In this document: positions 19,483 through 28,867 of the stretch, piece after piece
How the letters are laid out: each line of letters opens with the position of its first letter
Numbering within the stretch: the first letter of the stretch is position 1
Assembly: GCA_965279375.1 (NCBI GenBank)
Contig: OZ257156.1
Span: 736,001 to 800,000 of the forward strand
From: Gemmatimonas sp.
GTDB lineage: Bacteria > Gemmatimonadota > Gemmatimonadetes > Gemmatimonadales > Gemmatimonadaceae
DNA: 64,000 nt
Direction of reading: 5' to 3'
Notes under the pieces: model-generated
Seen by the model: only the letters and a program-made list of their open reading frames with translations
What the model was told of the DNA's origin: nothing
The model's database searches: none
Made by a program: the position numbers and the translations under genes

Positions 19483-21213
19483 CTAACGCTTCATTGCCGG
19501 CGTCGCCGCGCGCAGCTCCGCGATGGCGCTGCCATCTTTCCGCGGATCTGATGCCCCCGAGTTCACGCCCGTCTTGAAGTCCCGCACGACCGCCTGCCCT
19601 GCCCCCATTCGCGTGGAGGAGTAGTCGCCGCGCATGATGATCTGGTGGCCGCGCGCGGTGAGCTCCTGGCGAATGGCCAGGGGGATGCGCGACTCGAGAT
19701 TCACGTCGCAGCCGCCGAAGGTGTCCTTGGAGAAGCGCGGCGCGTCGAGTGCCCCCTGCGCGTTCATGCCGAAGTCGACGATGTTGCTGACGAACTGCGC
19801 ATGCGCCTGCGCCTGATTCCAGCCACCCATGATGCCGAAGGCGATACGCACATCACCCTTTTCCATGAACGCCGGGATGATCGTATGCAACGGACGCTTG
19901 CGACCGGCCAACAGATTGGGGCTGTTGGGATCGAGCGTGAAGCCGCCACCGCGATTGTGCAGCACGAAGCCTGCGCCACCCACGGCGAGCCCTGAGCCGA
20001 AACCCACGGTGGAATAGTTGCTCTGAATGAGGGAGATCATGTTCCCCTCCTTGTCCACCACGCTCAGATACGTCGTGCCGTTATCCGTCACACTCGGCAT
20101 GCCGGGCCCGAAATCACACGTCGCCTTGCTCGCATTGATCAGCTTCGCACGCTCGGCGGCGTAGCTCTTCGAGCGCATGGCGTCCACCGGCACCTTGGCA
20201 AAGCGTGGGTCCGCGTCATAGCGCTGCATGTCGGCGTAGGCGAGCTTCTTCGCTTCAATCATGAGATGCAGCGATTGCAGCGTGTTGTGCCCACTGCTCT
20301 GCAGCGGAAACGTCTCCATGATGTTGAGCATCTCGAGTGCCGCGATCCCCTGTCCGTTGGGCGGCAACTCATAGACGGTCCAGCCACGATACGTCGTCGA
20401 GATAGGGTCGACCCACTCGCTCGTGTATTCAGCGAGATCGGCAGCGGTCATCGTGCCGCCGTGACTCTGTGATGTGGCGAGAATCTTCTTGGCGACGGCG
20501 CCCGTGTAGAAACTCGCGGCACCGCTCGTGGCGATCTGGCGATAGGTCCACGCCAGCTCCGGATTACGAAACACTTCGCCCGCTTCCGGTACGCGACCGT
20601 TGATCAGGAACGTCTTGGCGGTGGGTGCATCGGCCTCGAGGTCGGCGCGGCTGTCCTTCCAGTACACGCTCACCACTTCGCCCACGGGAAAGCCGGCTTC
20701 GGCATAACTGATCGACGGCGCGAGCACCTGCGCGAACGTCTTGCGCCCGAAGCGCTTGAGCAGCGCTTCCCATCCCTTCACCGCGCCGGGCACGGTTACG
20801 GCGTTGATACCGCGCGTGGGCATCGTCGTGATGCCTTTGCCGCGCAGATAGTCGGCAGTGAGTTTGGTCGGCGCCCACCCCGACGCATTGATGCCGTAGA
20901 GCTTGCCTGTCTTGGCTTCGTAGATGATGGCGAAAAGGTCGCCGCCGATGCCGTCGTTCATCGGGGCCACCAGCCCCATCATGGCGTTGGTGGCGATGGC
21001 CGCGTCGATGGCATTACCGCCCTGCTCGAGGATGCGCGCCCCCACCTGTGACGCCAGCACGCTCTCGCTGGCCACCACGCCCAGGGTGCTCGACACCAGC
21101 GAGCGCGACTGGGAGCGGTCCTGTGCCGCGAGGATCGACGGCAGCGCCGCGACACCGACGGCCGAGCGTACGTGGCGGCCGAGGAACGCAGAGAAGGCGA
21201 GGGAGCAGCGCAT
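19483..21213 (-). CDS. ggt: Gamma-glutamyltransferase
   Basis: GGNAIDAAIA, GIGGDLF, TTYLSVVD nucleophile, KRPLHTIIP, SDPRKDG; GGAG RBS. Confidence 0.93.
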   Translation of the reverse strand: MRCSLAFSAFLGRHVRSAVGVAALPSILAAQDRSQSRSLVSSTLGVVASESVLASQVGARILEQGGNAIDAAIATNAMMGLVAPMNDGIGGDLFAIIYEAKTGKLYGINASGWAPTKLTADYLRGKGITTMPTRGINAVTVPGAVKGWEALLKRFGRKTFAQVLAPSISYAEAGFPVGEVVSVYWKDSRADLEADAPTAKTFLINGRVPEAGEVFRNPELAWTYRQIATSGAASFYTGAVAKKILATSQSHGGTMTAADLAEYTSEWVDPISTTYRGWTVYELPPNGQGIAALEMLNIMETFPLQSSGHNTLQSLHLMIEAKKLAYADMQRYDADPRFAKVPVDAMRSKSYAAERAKLINASKATCDFGPGMPSVTDNGTTYLSVVDKEGNMISLIQSNYSTVGFGSGLAVGGAGFVLHNRGGGFTLDPNSPNLLAGRKRPLHTIIPAFMEKGDVRIAFGIMGGWNQAQAHAQFVSNIVDFGMNAQGALDAPRFSKDTFGGCDVNLESRIPLAIRQELTARGHQIIMRGDYSSTRMGAGQAVVRDFKTGVNSGASDPRKDGSAIAELRAATPAMKR

Positions 21214-21383
21214 CGAGGACTCCGGACGAGCGAAGGGGAAGGCGCGCCGCGACGCCGGCGCCTTGGACGGGGCAAAGATACGGCCCACCCCAATTCCGTC
21301 CTATATCGCGTCTCCGCCTGCGGAACTAAGTTCGCGGAAGAACCCCCGCTTCCCTGGCTCCCACACTCACCCTGCGAGGATGG

Positions 21384-22021
21384 ATGTCCGATCCGCTGCC
21401 TGAACGCTTCACGGTGTCACGACGGGAGTTCGTTGCGGGGTTGACTGCACTCGGCGCGGTCTGGCTCGCCGCCTGTGGTGGCGAGCAGGGAAAGGCCGCA
21501 GCGCCTGACACGAGCGCGGCGATGCCCGGCATGGCCAAGGAGGCCGATGCCCCACCGCAGAAGCTGGTGCACTTCTCGCCCGAGGACGCCGCGGAGCTGG
21601 AGGCGATGACGGTGCGCATCATTCCCAGCGACGACGGACCGGGGCGAAGGAAGCGGGCGCAGTCTTCTTCATCGACAACCAGCTTGCCGGCATGGTGAAG
21701 GACCAGGCGCCGCTGTTCGCCGAGGGGCTCAAGACGGTGGCCAAGGCCGTCACGGCCAAGCACGGCGCATCGGCCAAGTTTTCGACGCTGACGGCGGAGC
21801 AGCAGGACGAGGTTCTGCGCGGCATCGAGAAGTCGGAGTTCTTCGGCACGCTGCGCTTCGCGACGATCGCCGGTTTTCTGGCGCTCCCCAAGTATGGCGG
21901 CAACAAGGACTACGTCGGCTGGAAGTACATCGGGCAAGCGCACGCCTTCGAGCAGAAGGCACCGTTCGGCTACTACGATCTGCCCGCCAATCAGCAGGCG
22001 TTGCTCGGGAGGGTCCTCTGA
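21384..22021 (+). pseudogene. Gluconate 2-dehydrogenase subunit 3-like Tat lipoprotein, frameshifted (possibly a sequencing error)
   Basis: SRREF..LAAC; RIIPSDDGPG continues in another frame as AKEAGAVFFID..YGGNKDYVGWKYIG; one G missing at 21641-21644. Confidence 0.85.
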
Positions 22022-23691
22022 TGCGCCGTCAGACTCAGCCGGCCCCCGGCAAGACGTTCGCCAATGATACGGCCGTCGATTTCGTCATCATCGGCTCGGG
22101 GATCGCGGGCGGCAGCGTAGCGCGCGAGCTGACCAGTCGCGGCTTCGATGTGCTCGTCCTCGAACAGGGGCGCCATGTGCCGCCGGAGGACATGGAGCAC
22201 GACGAGATCGGCGCGCTGATGAACAACCGCTGGACCAACAAGCCGGAGGAGTCGCCGCAGACCTGGCGGAAGACGCCCGACGCGAAGACGGAGAAGCGCC
22301 ACTTTCTGCAGTATGCGCGCGTGGTTGGCGGCACAACGCTGCATTTCACCGGCAATTTCTGGCGCTTCCGTCCGATCGACTTTAACGAAGCGTCGGTGCG
22401 CGGCTCGGTGCCGGGCGCGAACGTGGCGGATTGGCCGATCACGTACGACGAGCTGGAGCCGTACTACACGGCGGTTGAAGAAGCGATGGGCATCTCCGGT
22501 GAAACGCCGACGGACCCGCGCGAGCCCAGGCGCTCCAAGCCGTTTCCGCTGCCGCCGCTCAACGTGACGGGCCCCGGTGTGCTGCTCGAGATCGGTTCCA
22601 AGAAGCTTGGCTGGAATTCCAAGGCCGCGCCGATGGCGATCCTCTCCCAGCCGTACAAGGGACGCCAACCGTGCCACAACTGTGGCTTCTGTCTCGCGTT
22701 TCCGTGCGAATGGGGCGCGAAATCCGGCTCCAACTGGACGATGATCCCCGACGCGCTGCGGTCAGGGCGCTGCGAAGTGCGATCCGACAGCTACGTGCAT
22801 CGCATCGAGACGGACGACAGTGGCCGCGTCACCGGCGTGCTCTACTTCGACAAGGACAAGAAGGAACAGCGACAGAAGGCCAAGGCGGTCGTGCTCTCCG
22901 CCAACGGCGCGGAAACACCGCGCCTTCTGCTCATGTCCACGTCCAATCGTTTTCCGCAGGGACTCGCGAACTCGAGTGGCATGGTGGGCAAGCATCTCAT
23001 GTTCAATGGCAACACGGTGGCCGACGGCCTGTTCGAGCATGAAGTGAATGGCCACAAGGGACCGGTGGTCACGCGCATCACGCAAGAGCACTACATCCCC
23101 GACCCGTCGCTTGGCTTTTTCGGCGGCGGCGGCATCGACATGCGCGTCGACGTGCCGGCGCTCTTCCGCACGGTGTCCATGCCGTCCGATGGCCCCGAGT
23201 GGGGTGCCGCGTGGAAGGCGCGCGCGCAGCAGTGGTTCTCGCACTCGGCGGCCGCGTACGGACACACGTCGTCGTTGCCGGTGGCGACGAACGCGGTGTC
23301 GCTCGACCCGGAGCTCAAGGACGCGTGGGGGATGCCGGCCATCCGCACGACGTTCAAGGAGCACGAGCACGACATGCGCCTGTACAAGTTCATGCAGGAT
23401 CGCACGATGGAACTGCTGCAGGCGGCGGGCGCCATCAAGTCGTACGCCGCGCCGATCACCGATGTCCCCGGCAGCGCCGTGCATCTGTTGGGCACGGCCC
23501 GCATGGGCAACGACCCGAAGTCGAGCGTCGTAGACAAGTATCATCGCGCCCACGACGTGAAGAACCTCTTCATCGTGGACGGCTCCTCGTTCGTGACGAG
23601 CGGACGTGGACAGCCAACGATGACCATTCAGGCGCTCGCATTCCGCGCCGCCGACTACATCGCGCAGTTCGCCAAGAAAGGAGAGATCTGA
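22021..23691 (+). CDS. GMC family oxidoreductase
   Basis: IIGSGIAG FAD motif, VGGTT, WPITYDELEPYY, CHNCGFC, HLLGTARMG, PTMTIQALAFR. Confidence 0.93.
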   Translation: MRRQTQPAPGKTFANDTAVDFVIIGSGIAGGSVARELTSRGFDVLVLEQGRHVPPEDMEHDEIGALMNNRWTNKPEESPQTWRKTPDAKTEKRHFLQYARVVGGTTLHFTGNFWRFRPIDFNEASVRGSVPGANVADWPITYDELEPYYTAVEEAMGISGETPTDPREPRRSKPFPLPPLNVTGPGVLLEIGSKKLGWNSKAAPMAILSQPYKGRQPCHNCGFCLAFPCEWGAKSGSNWTMIPDALRSGRCEVRSDSYVHRIETDDSGRVTGVLYFDKDKKEQRQKAKAVVLSANGAETPRLLLMSTSNRFPQGLANSSGMVGKHLMFNGNTVADGLFEHEVNGHKGPVVTRITQEHYIPDPSLGFFGGGGIDMRVDVPALFRTVSMPSDGPEWGAAWKARAQQWFSHSAAAYGHTSSLPVATNAVSLDPELKDAWGMPAIRTTFKEHEHDMRLYKFMQDRTMELLQAAGAIKSYAAPITDVPGSAVHLLGTARMGNDPKSSVVDKYHRAHDVKNLFIVDGSSFVTSGRGQPTMTIQALAFRAADYIAQFAKKGEI

Positions 23692-24494
23692 TGGAACGCA
23701 GAGATTTTGTGCGGGCGACGGCCCTCGGCGCGGTCGGACTCGGCACGGGCGCGACGCCGTTCGCCAACGCGGCCGCCGACGGTGCGCCGACGATGAAGGC
23801 ATTCGCTGGTCGCAAGATTCTGATCGCCGGCGGCGGGTTTGGCACCGCCTTCATCAACTACATGGGGCAGCTCACCGGCAAGGCGCGCCCCAAGCTGCTG
23901 TATTTGCCGACGGCGTCGGCCGATCGAACAGATGGGATTCTGACGTGGTTCAAGAACTGCGCGCCGCTCAACGTCGAGGCCTCGGTGCAGGAGAGCTTCA
24001 TCGCCAGCACGCGACAGGACAAGAGCTGGGAAGAGGTGTTTCTTTCGGTGGACGGCATCGTCTGCTCCGGCGGCAACACGCTCAACCAACAGGCAATCTG
24101 GAAGGCACAGGGGATCGACGTCGTACTCAAGCAGGCCTGGGACAAGGGCATCGTGCTTGGTGGCGCGAGCGCTGGGTCGCTGTGCTGGTTCGAAGAGGGC
24201 ACCACCGACTCGCGACCCAAGGAGCTGTCCACGGTGAAGTGCCTCGGCTTCCTCAAGGGAAGTCACTCGCCGCACTATGATCGTGAGCCGGGCCGTCGCC
24301 CGCTGTACCAGAAGCTGATCGGATCCGGACAGATGCTCCCGGGGTACGCCTGCGACAACGACGCCGGCCTGTACTTCGAGGACAACGCGATCAAGCGCGT
24401 GGTGCACACGCGGAAGGACGCGAAGTGCTACCACGTCACCGTCGAGAACGGCAAAGTTGTTGAGCACCTCCTCGAACCCGAAATGATCAGCTGA
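23691..24494 (+). CDS. Peptidase E-like (S51) protein with Tat signal
   Basis: MERRDFVR; YLPTAS, SGGNT, GASAGSLCWF, SPHYD. Confidence 0.88.
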   Translation: MERRDFVRATALGAVGLGTGATPFANAAADGAPTMKAFAGRKILIAGGGFGTAFINYMGQLTGKARPKLLYLPTASADRTDGILTWFKNCAPLNVEASVQESFIASTRQDKSWEEVFLSVDGIVCSGGNTLNQQAIWKAQGIDVVLKQAWDKGIVLGGASAGSLCWFEEGTTDSRPKELSTVKCLGFLKGSHSPHYDREPGRRPLYQKLIGSGQMLPGYACDNDAGLYFEDNAIKRVVHTRKDAKCYHVTVENGKVVEHLLEPEMIS

Positions 24495-24628
24495 TTCGTC
24501 TGCTGATCGATTTCAGGATAGTTTTGCCGAGTTGTTGCTGATCAGTCGACGGAATGCGTTGCGGTCGGTTGATCCGTTCGTGTGTCACTCCCGCCTTACA
24601 TCCTACCCGCAGCTCCCCAGAGGACTCC

Positions 24629-25330
24629 ATGCGTCGCGTATACGGTTCCGCCGCGGTTCTTGCCGCACTCGTAGCTCTGCCCAGCATTTCGTTCGCGCAG
24701 GCAGATCAGGAAGTCTCGCGTAAGGTCGCCGGTGGCGGCATCTCGGTCGCCGGTTGGGCCGGAAAGATCGACGACAAGGAAGTGAAGGCCGGTCAGGTGC
24801 TCGAAAACTCCAAGCTCGCCGCTGATGGCAAGGTGCTGAAGGTCACGACGGGTCCCGCGGTGACGTACTGGAACCCGAAGAACACGGCCAAGGGCGATTA
24901 CACCGTCAAGGCGACGTTCTACGAAGCGCAGTACATGGGCCTCAACGATCACCCGCATCCGTACGGCATCGTGATCGGCGGCAACGATTTGGGCACCGAC
25001 AACCAGAGCTACCTGTACTGCGCCGCGTACGGCAACGGCAACTTCATCGTGCGCGGCATGGGCCCGGCGCCGTTCCAGATGAACGGTCGCGGTGAAGCCA
25101 ATCCGGCGGTGAACAAGGCCGCTGGCAAGGGCTCGCCGGTGACGCAGGAAATCGCCGTGACGGTCAAGGGCGACCAGGTGATGTGCTCGATCAACGGCAC
25201 CGTGGTCGGCACGTACGACAAGGCGGCGCTGGTGGCAGCGGGCAAGCTCAAGAGCACGGACGGCGTCTATGGCGTCCGCTTCGCGCACAACACCGAAGCG
25301 ACGGTGACGGGGCTGACGCTCAGCAAGTAA
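24629..25330 (+). CDS. Secreted hypothetical beta-rich protein
   Basis: GAGGA RBS, signal peptide ..SFA/Q, HPHPYG motif, GC-biased codons. Confidence 0.8.
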   Translation: MRRVYGSAAVLAALVALPSISFAQADQEVSRKVAGGGISVAGWAGKIDDKEVKAGQVLENSKLAADGKVLKVTTGPAVTYWNPKNTAKGDYTVKATFYEAQYMGLNDHPHPYGIVIGGNDLGTDNQSYLYCAAYGNGNFIVRGMGPAPFQMNGRGEANPAVNKAAGKGSPVTQEIAVTVKGDQVMCSINGTVVGTYDKAALVAAGKLKSTDGVYGVRFAHNTEATVTGLTLSK

Positions 25331-25356
25331 GCGTTGGCTGCAGTGCGGTGATTCAC

Positions 25357-25534
25357 GCGGATAGGAGCGGATAACCGCAACTGTTTGGAACTGCCGATTA
25401 CGCGGAGAGAAAGCGGAAACGCACGGATACCACAACAGCTTTTGCTGTTTGAAGTATCCGTGCGTTTCTTTTTTCAAATCCGTGTAATCGGCTTCACCCT
25501 GCAGTTGCAGTCTTTTATCCGTTCTCAATCCCGC
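25357..25534. repeat. Long nested inverted repeat (about 180-nt rod hairpin)
   Basis: Pairs 25416-30/25454-68 (15 bp perfect), 25393-406/25479-92, GCAACTG/CAGTTGC, CGGATAA/TTATCCG. Confidence 0.85.
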
Positions 25535-25537
25535 AAG

Positions 25538-28500
25538 TCAGTTCGACAAGGACACCGTCGGCTGACCCGCCGCCTTGCGCTTCGCATTGAACGCCGCGAG
25601 CTGCGTCGTGCGGATCTTGTTCCACTCGGGCAGCACCTGCGCTGCTTGTGCACGCGCCGCGGTGCATGCGGCAACCTGCGTGGCCGTCGGCGCAACATCG
25701 GCGCCCTGCATCGCCATGGCGGCCGCCTGCAGCGCGTTGCTCACCGTTTCCAGCGACAGCGACGGCGCCGCACCACCGCGGCGACGGAGCGCGCGTACGT
25801 TGCGCACCTGCCCAGGCGCCACGCTCTCGATCGACGCCTTGAGCGCGTCGACATCGGCGCCGGACATCGTGTTGAGCTTGGCCACGAGAGCACGCGCTTC
25901 GACGAACGCGTTGTGTGTGGTCACCGCGCCATCGTACATCTCCTTGCTCAGTGCATTGAGCTGCGCCAACGCGACAGGTGACATCTTCACGCGCGGGTCG
26001 AGCTTGAGCACGAGCGGCTGCGTGTACTTGGCGCCGTCCACGGTGAGCCGCACGGTGTAGTTGCCCGGCGGGGCCCACGGCGTGTTCACGGCAGGGAGCG
26101 TGCGATGTGGCACCGCGCCTGTGGCTTCGTCGTCGCCAACCGGAATGACGTCTTCGGGAGAGACGGGATCATAGTGCAGATCCCAGCTGAAGCGATGCGC
26201 GCCGGCCTTGGCCGAGATAACCATCGACGGCGACGGCCAGTAGAGCGGCAGACCGCAGAACGGCGCAGTCGGCGTCTTCTGACAGACCTTGTTGTACGCG
26301 ACCGGATCGACCGCGGGCTCGGGGTCGAGCGCCTTGTCGGTGCTGGAGTAGGTGCGCACCACCTTGCCCGCCGCATCGAGAATCTCAAGTGTCACCGGCG
26401 ACTTGGCGTCGGATGACAAGTAGTAGTTGAGAATGCCACCGGACGGCGGATTCTCGCCCGACGGCATCTCCGGTGGCCACGGCGTGGGATCGTTGGTGCC
26501 GAATCGCACGCGCACTGCCGTACCGGGCTTGAAGAGATAGGCCTTGCTTGCGGTCTTCGCGGCCTGCAGCGCCGCCGCCTGACGCAGCGGCGTCACATCG
26601 TCGAGAATCCAGAAGCCACGACCGTGCGTGCCGGCGATGAGATCGGCGCACAAGCACGACGCATCGTCCTTGATCTGCAGATCACGCACCGAGATCGCCG
26701 GCATGTCGTTCTTGAGCGACTGCCAGTGATCGCCATCGTCGAACGACACCCACACCTGCAGATCGGTGGCGGCGTACAGCAGCCCCTTCACACGCGGATC
26801 TTCGCGAATGGAGTTGGCCACGGCACCACCGGCGATACCGTTGTTGATCTCCGTCCACGTCTTGCCGCCGTCGTGCGTGCGCCAGAAGTGCGGATTGAGA
26901 TCGTCGATACGCAGCGTGTTGGCCGCGGCGTACGCCGTCTGCGTGTCGAAGTGCCCCGCTTCGATGTTGAAGATGCGCGTCCACGGCTTGATCGCCGCTG
27001 GCGTCACGTTCTTCCATGACGCGCCGCCATCCATCGTCACCTGGATGTTGCCATCGTCCGTGCCGGCCCAGATGCCACCCAGCTTGAGCGGCGAGGGCGA
27101 CAGCGCGGTGATGCTCCCCATCGGCGTCGGCGTGACGGTGCTCGCGTACTTGCCAGCCGTTGCCGGCACGGCCCACGTGGGACGCGCGAGATCGGGGCTG
27201 ATGCGCTTCCACGACTTCGCGCGATCGGTGCTCTGCCACACCACGTTGGACGTGTAATAGAGCGTCGTGTTGTCCACCGGCGACCACGCGATCGGCATGG
27301 TGCGCACGTTGCGATTCATCGTGTTCCCGTCGGGAAACTTTGCACTCGCATCGGGGCCCACGAGCGTCGTCTGCGCGGTGCGCCGATCGTACAACGACAC
27401 GTTCGTGCGCTGGCTGCCGAAGACGAGGTCGGGATCCTTGGGATCCGACGCGGCGATGCCGTACTCCTGAATGTTGACGGGATGCCAGTCGTGGAAGGTG
27501 ATGCGACCGTCCATCGAGCGACTGTCCACGCACGCGGAGCCCGAGTCCTGCTGTCCGCCGCAGACGCGATACGGAAAGTTGTTGTCGGTGGAGACGTGGT
27601 ACATCGCCGCCGTCGGCTGGTTGTACCAGTTGCTCCACGACACGCCGCGATTGCCCGAGACCACGCCGCCCTGATCCGCTACCGCGAGAATGATGTCCGG
27701 GTTGTTCGGGTTGATCCACGTCTTCTGATAGTCGTCACCGCCGGGCGCGCCACGAATCGCGGTCCAGGTGATGCCGCCATCGTCGGTTCGCCAGAACACG
27801 GTGCTCGAGCTGTACACCACGTTCTCGTTCTTCGGGTCCACCACGATCGTCGGCAAATCACCACCACCGATGCGCGTGAGTGGCCGTTGATCGGGTGACG
27901 CCGGCTTGATGCCGCTGGGCCCCGGCGGATCGTTAAACGCGAGATGCCAGTGATCTCCGGCATCAGTGCTCTTGTAGAAACCAACCGTGCCCGTGGTGGT
28001 GGGGCGCGCGGCTGCACCGGTCGCATCGCGCGGAGTGCCGGCGATCATCGCATACAACAGCTTGGGATTGCTCGGCGAGATCGCGATGTTGGCCTGAATG
28101 ACGTTGGGCAAGCCTTCCGTGATCGGCTTCCACGTGTCGCCACCATTGGTGGACTTGAAGATGCCGGTGCTGGTGCCGCCAAACGCGAGCCCTTCGATGA
28201 AGCTTTGCTGCTGCTGCCACATCGTGGCGTAGATCGTATTCGGATTGCTCGGATCGATGCGCACGTCGTTGCCGCTCGTGTACTCATCGGCGTAGAGCAC
28301 CTTCTGAAATGACTTGCCACCATCCAGCGAGCGGAAGATGCCGCGTTCGGTGTTGGGGCCATACGGATGCCCAAGCACGGCCACGAACAACCGATCCGGA
28401 TTCTTTGGATCCACATCGATCATCGCGATCATCTGGCTTTCGCGCAGCCCCAGATGCGCCCACGTCTTGCCACCGTCATTGGACTTGTACATCCCATCAC

Positions 28501-28855
28501 CCACCGCGAGGTCAGGGCGAATGATGCCGGCGCCGGTCCCCACGTATACGATGTTCGGATCGGACGGCGCGACTGCAATTGCACCGATCGACCCGGTCGC
28601 TTCCTTGTCGAACACGGGCACCCAGTTGGAGCCGTAGTCGGAGCTGCGCCACACGCCACCGTTATCGAAGCCGATGAAGAACACATTCGGCTGACTGGGC
28701 ACGCCGGACAACGCGCGCGCGCGACCGGCGCGCACGGGTCCGATGGAGCGCCAATGCATCGCGCTGGCGATGTCGGTCGGCTGCGCGACGATGGGTGATG
28801 CCATCGCGACAACACCAACCATCGCCGCCGCGAACTGCGAGATGGAACGAGACAC
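25538..28855 (-). CDS. VPS10/sortilin-like BNR-repeat protein (putative glycosyl hydrolase)
   Basis: Signal peptide, WRSIGP..GR, many SxDGGxTW boxes, GGQQDSGS, THGRGFWILDD. Confidence 0.9.
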   Translation of the reverse strand: MSRSISQFAAAMVGVVAMASPIVAQPTDIASAMHWRSIGPVRAGRARALSGVPSQPNVFFIGFDNGGVWRSSDYGSNWVPVFDKEATGSIGAIAVAPSDPNIVYVGTGAGIIRPDLAVGDGMYKSNDGGKTWAHLGLRESQMIAMIDVDPKNPDRLFVAVLGHPYGPNTERGIFRSLDGGKSFQKVLYADEYTSGNDVRIDPSNPNTIYATMWQQQQSFIEGLAFGGTSTGIFKSTNGGDTWKPITEGLPNVIQANIAISPSNPKLLYAMIAGTPRDATGAAARPTTTGTVGFYKSTDAGDHWHLAFNDPPGPSGIKPASPDQRPLTRIGGGDLPTIVVDPKNENVVYSSSTVFWRTDDGGITWTAIRGAPGGDDYQKTWINPNNPDIILAVADQGGVVSGNRGVSWSNWYNQPTAAMYHVSTDNNFPYRVCGGQQDSGSACVDSRSMDGRITFHDWHPVNIQEYGIAASDPKDPDLVFGSQRTNVSLYDRRTAQTTLVGPDASAKFPDGNTMNRNVRTMPIAWSPVDNTTLYYTSNVVWQSTDRAKSWKRISPDLARPTWAVPATAGKYASTVTPTPMGSITALSPSPLKLGGIWAGTDDGNIQVTMDGGASWKNVTPAAIKPWTRIFNIEAGHFDTQTAYAAANTLRIDDLNPHFWRTHDGGKTWTEINNGIAGGAVANSIREDPRVKGLLYAATDLQVWVSFDDGDHWQSLKNDMPAISVRDLQIKDDASCLCADLIAGTHGRGFWILDDVTPLRQAAALQAAKTASKAYLFKPGTAVRVRFGTNDPTPWPPEMPSGENPPSGGILNYYLSSDAKSPVTLEILDAAGKVVRTYSSTDKALDPEPAVDPVAYNKVCQKTPTAPFCGLPLYWPSPSMVISAKAGAHRFSWDLHYDPVSPEDVIPVGDDEATGAVPHRTLPAVNTPWAPPGNYTVRLTVDGAKYTQPLVLKLDPRVKMSPVALAQLNALSKEMYDGAVTTHNAFVEARALVAKLNTMSGADVDALKASIESVAPGQVRNVRALRRRGGAAPSLSLETVSNALQAAAMAMQGADVAPTATQVAACTAARAQAAQVLPEWNKIRTTQLAAFNAKRKAAGQPTVSLSN

Positions 28856-28867
28856 GAGAGTGTACCT

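Noticed and set aside
21692..22021. Independent 109-aa gene
   Set aside because: It is the C-terminal half of the frameshifted gamma subunit
24495..24560. Weak hairpin after peptidase E
   Set aside because: Pairing too imperfect to call a terminator
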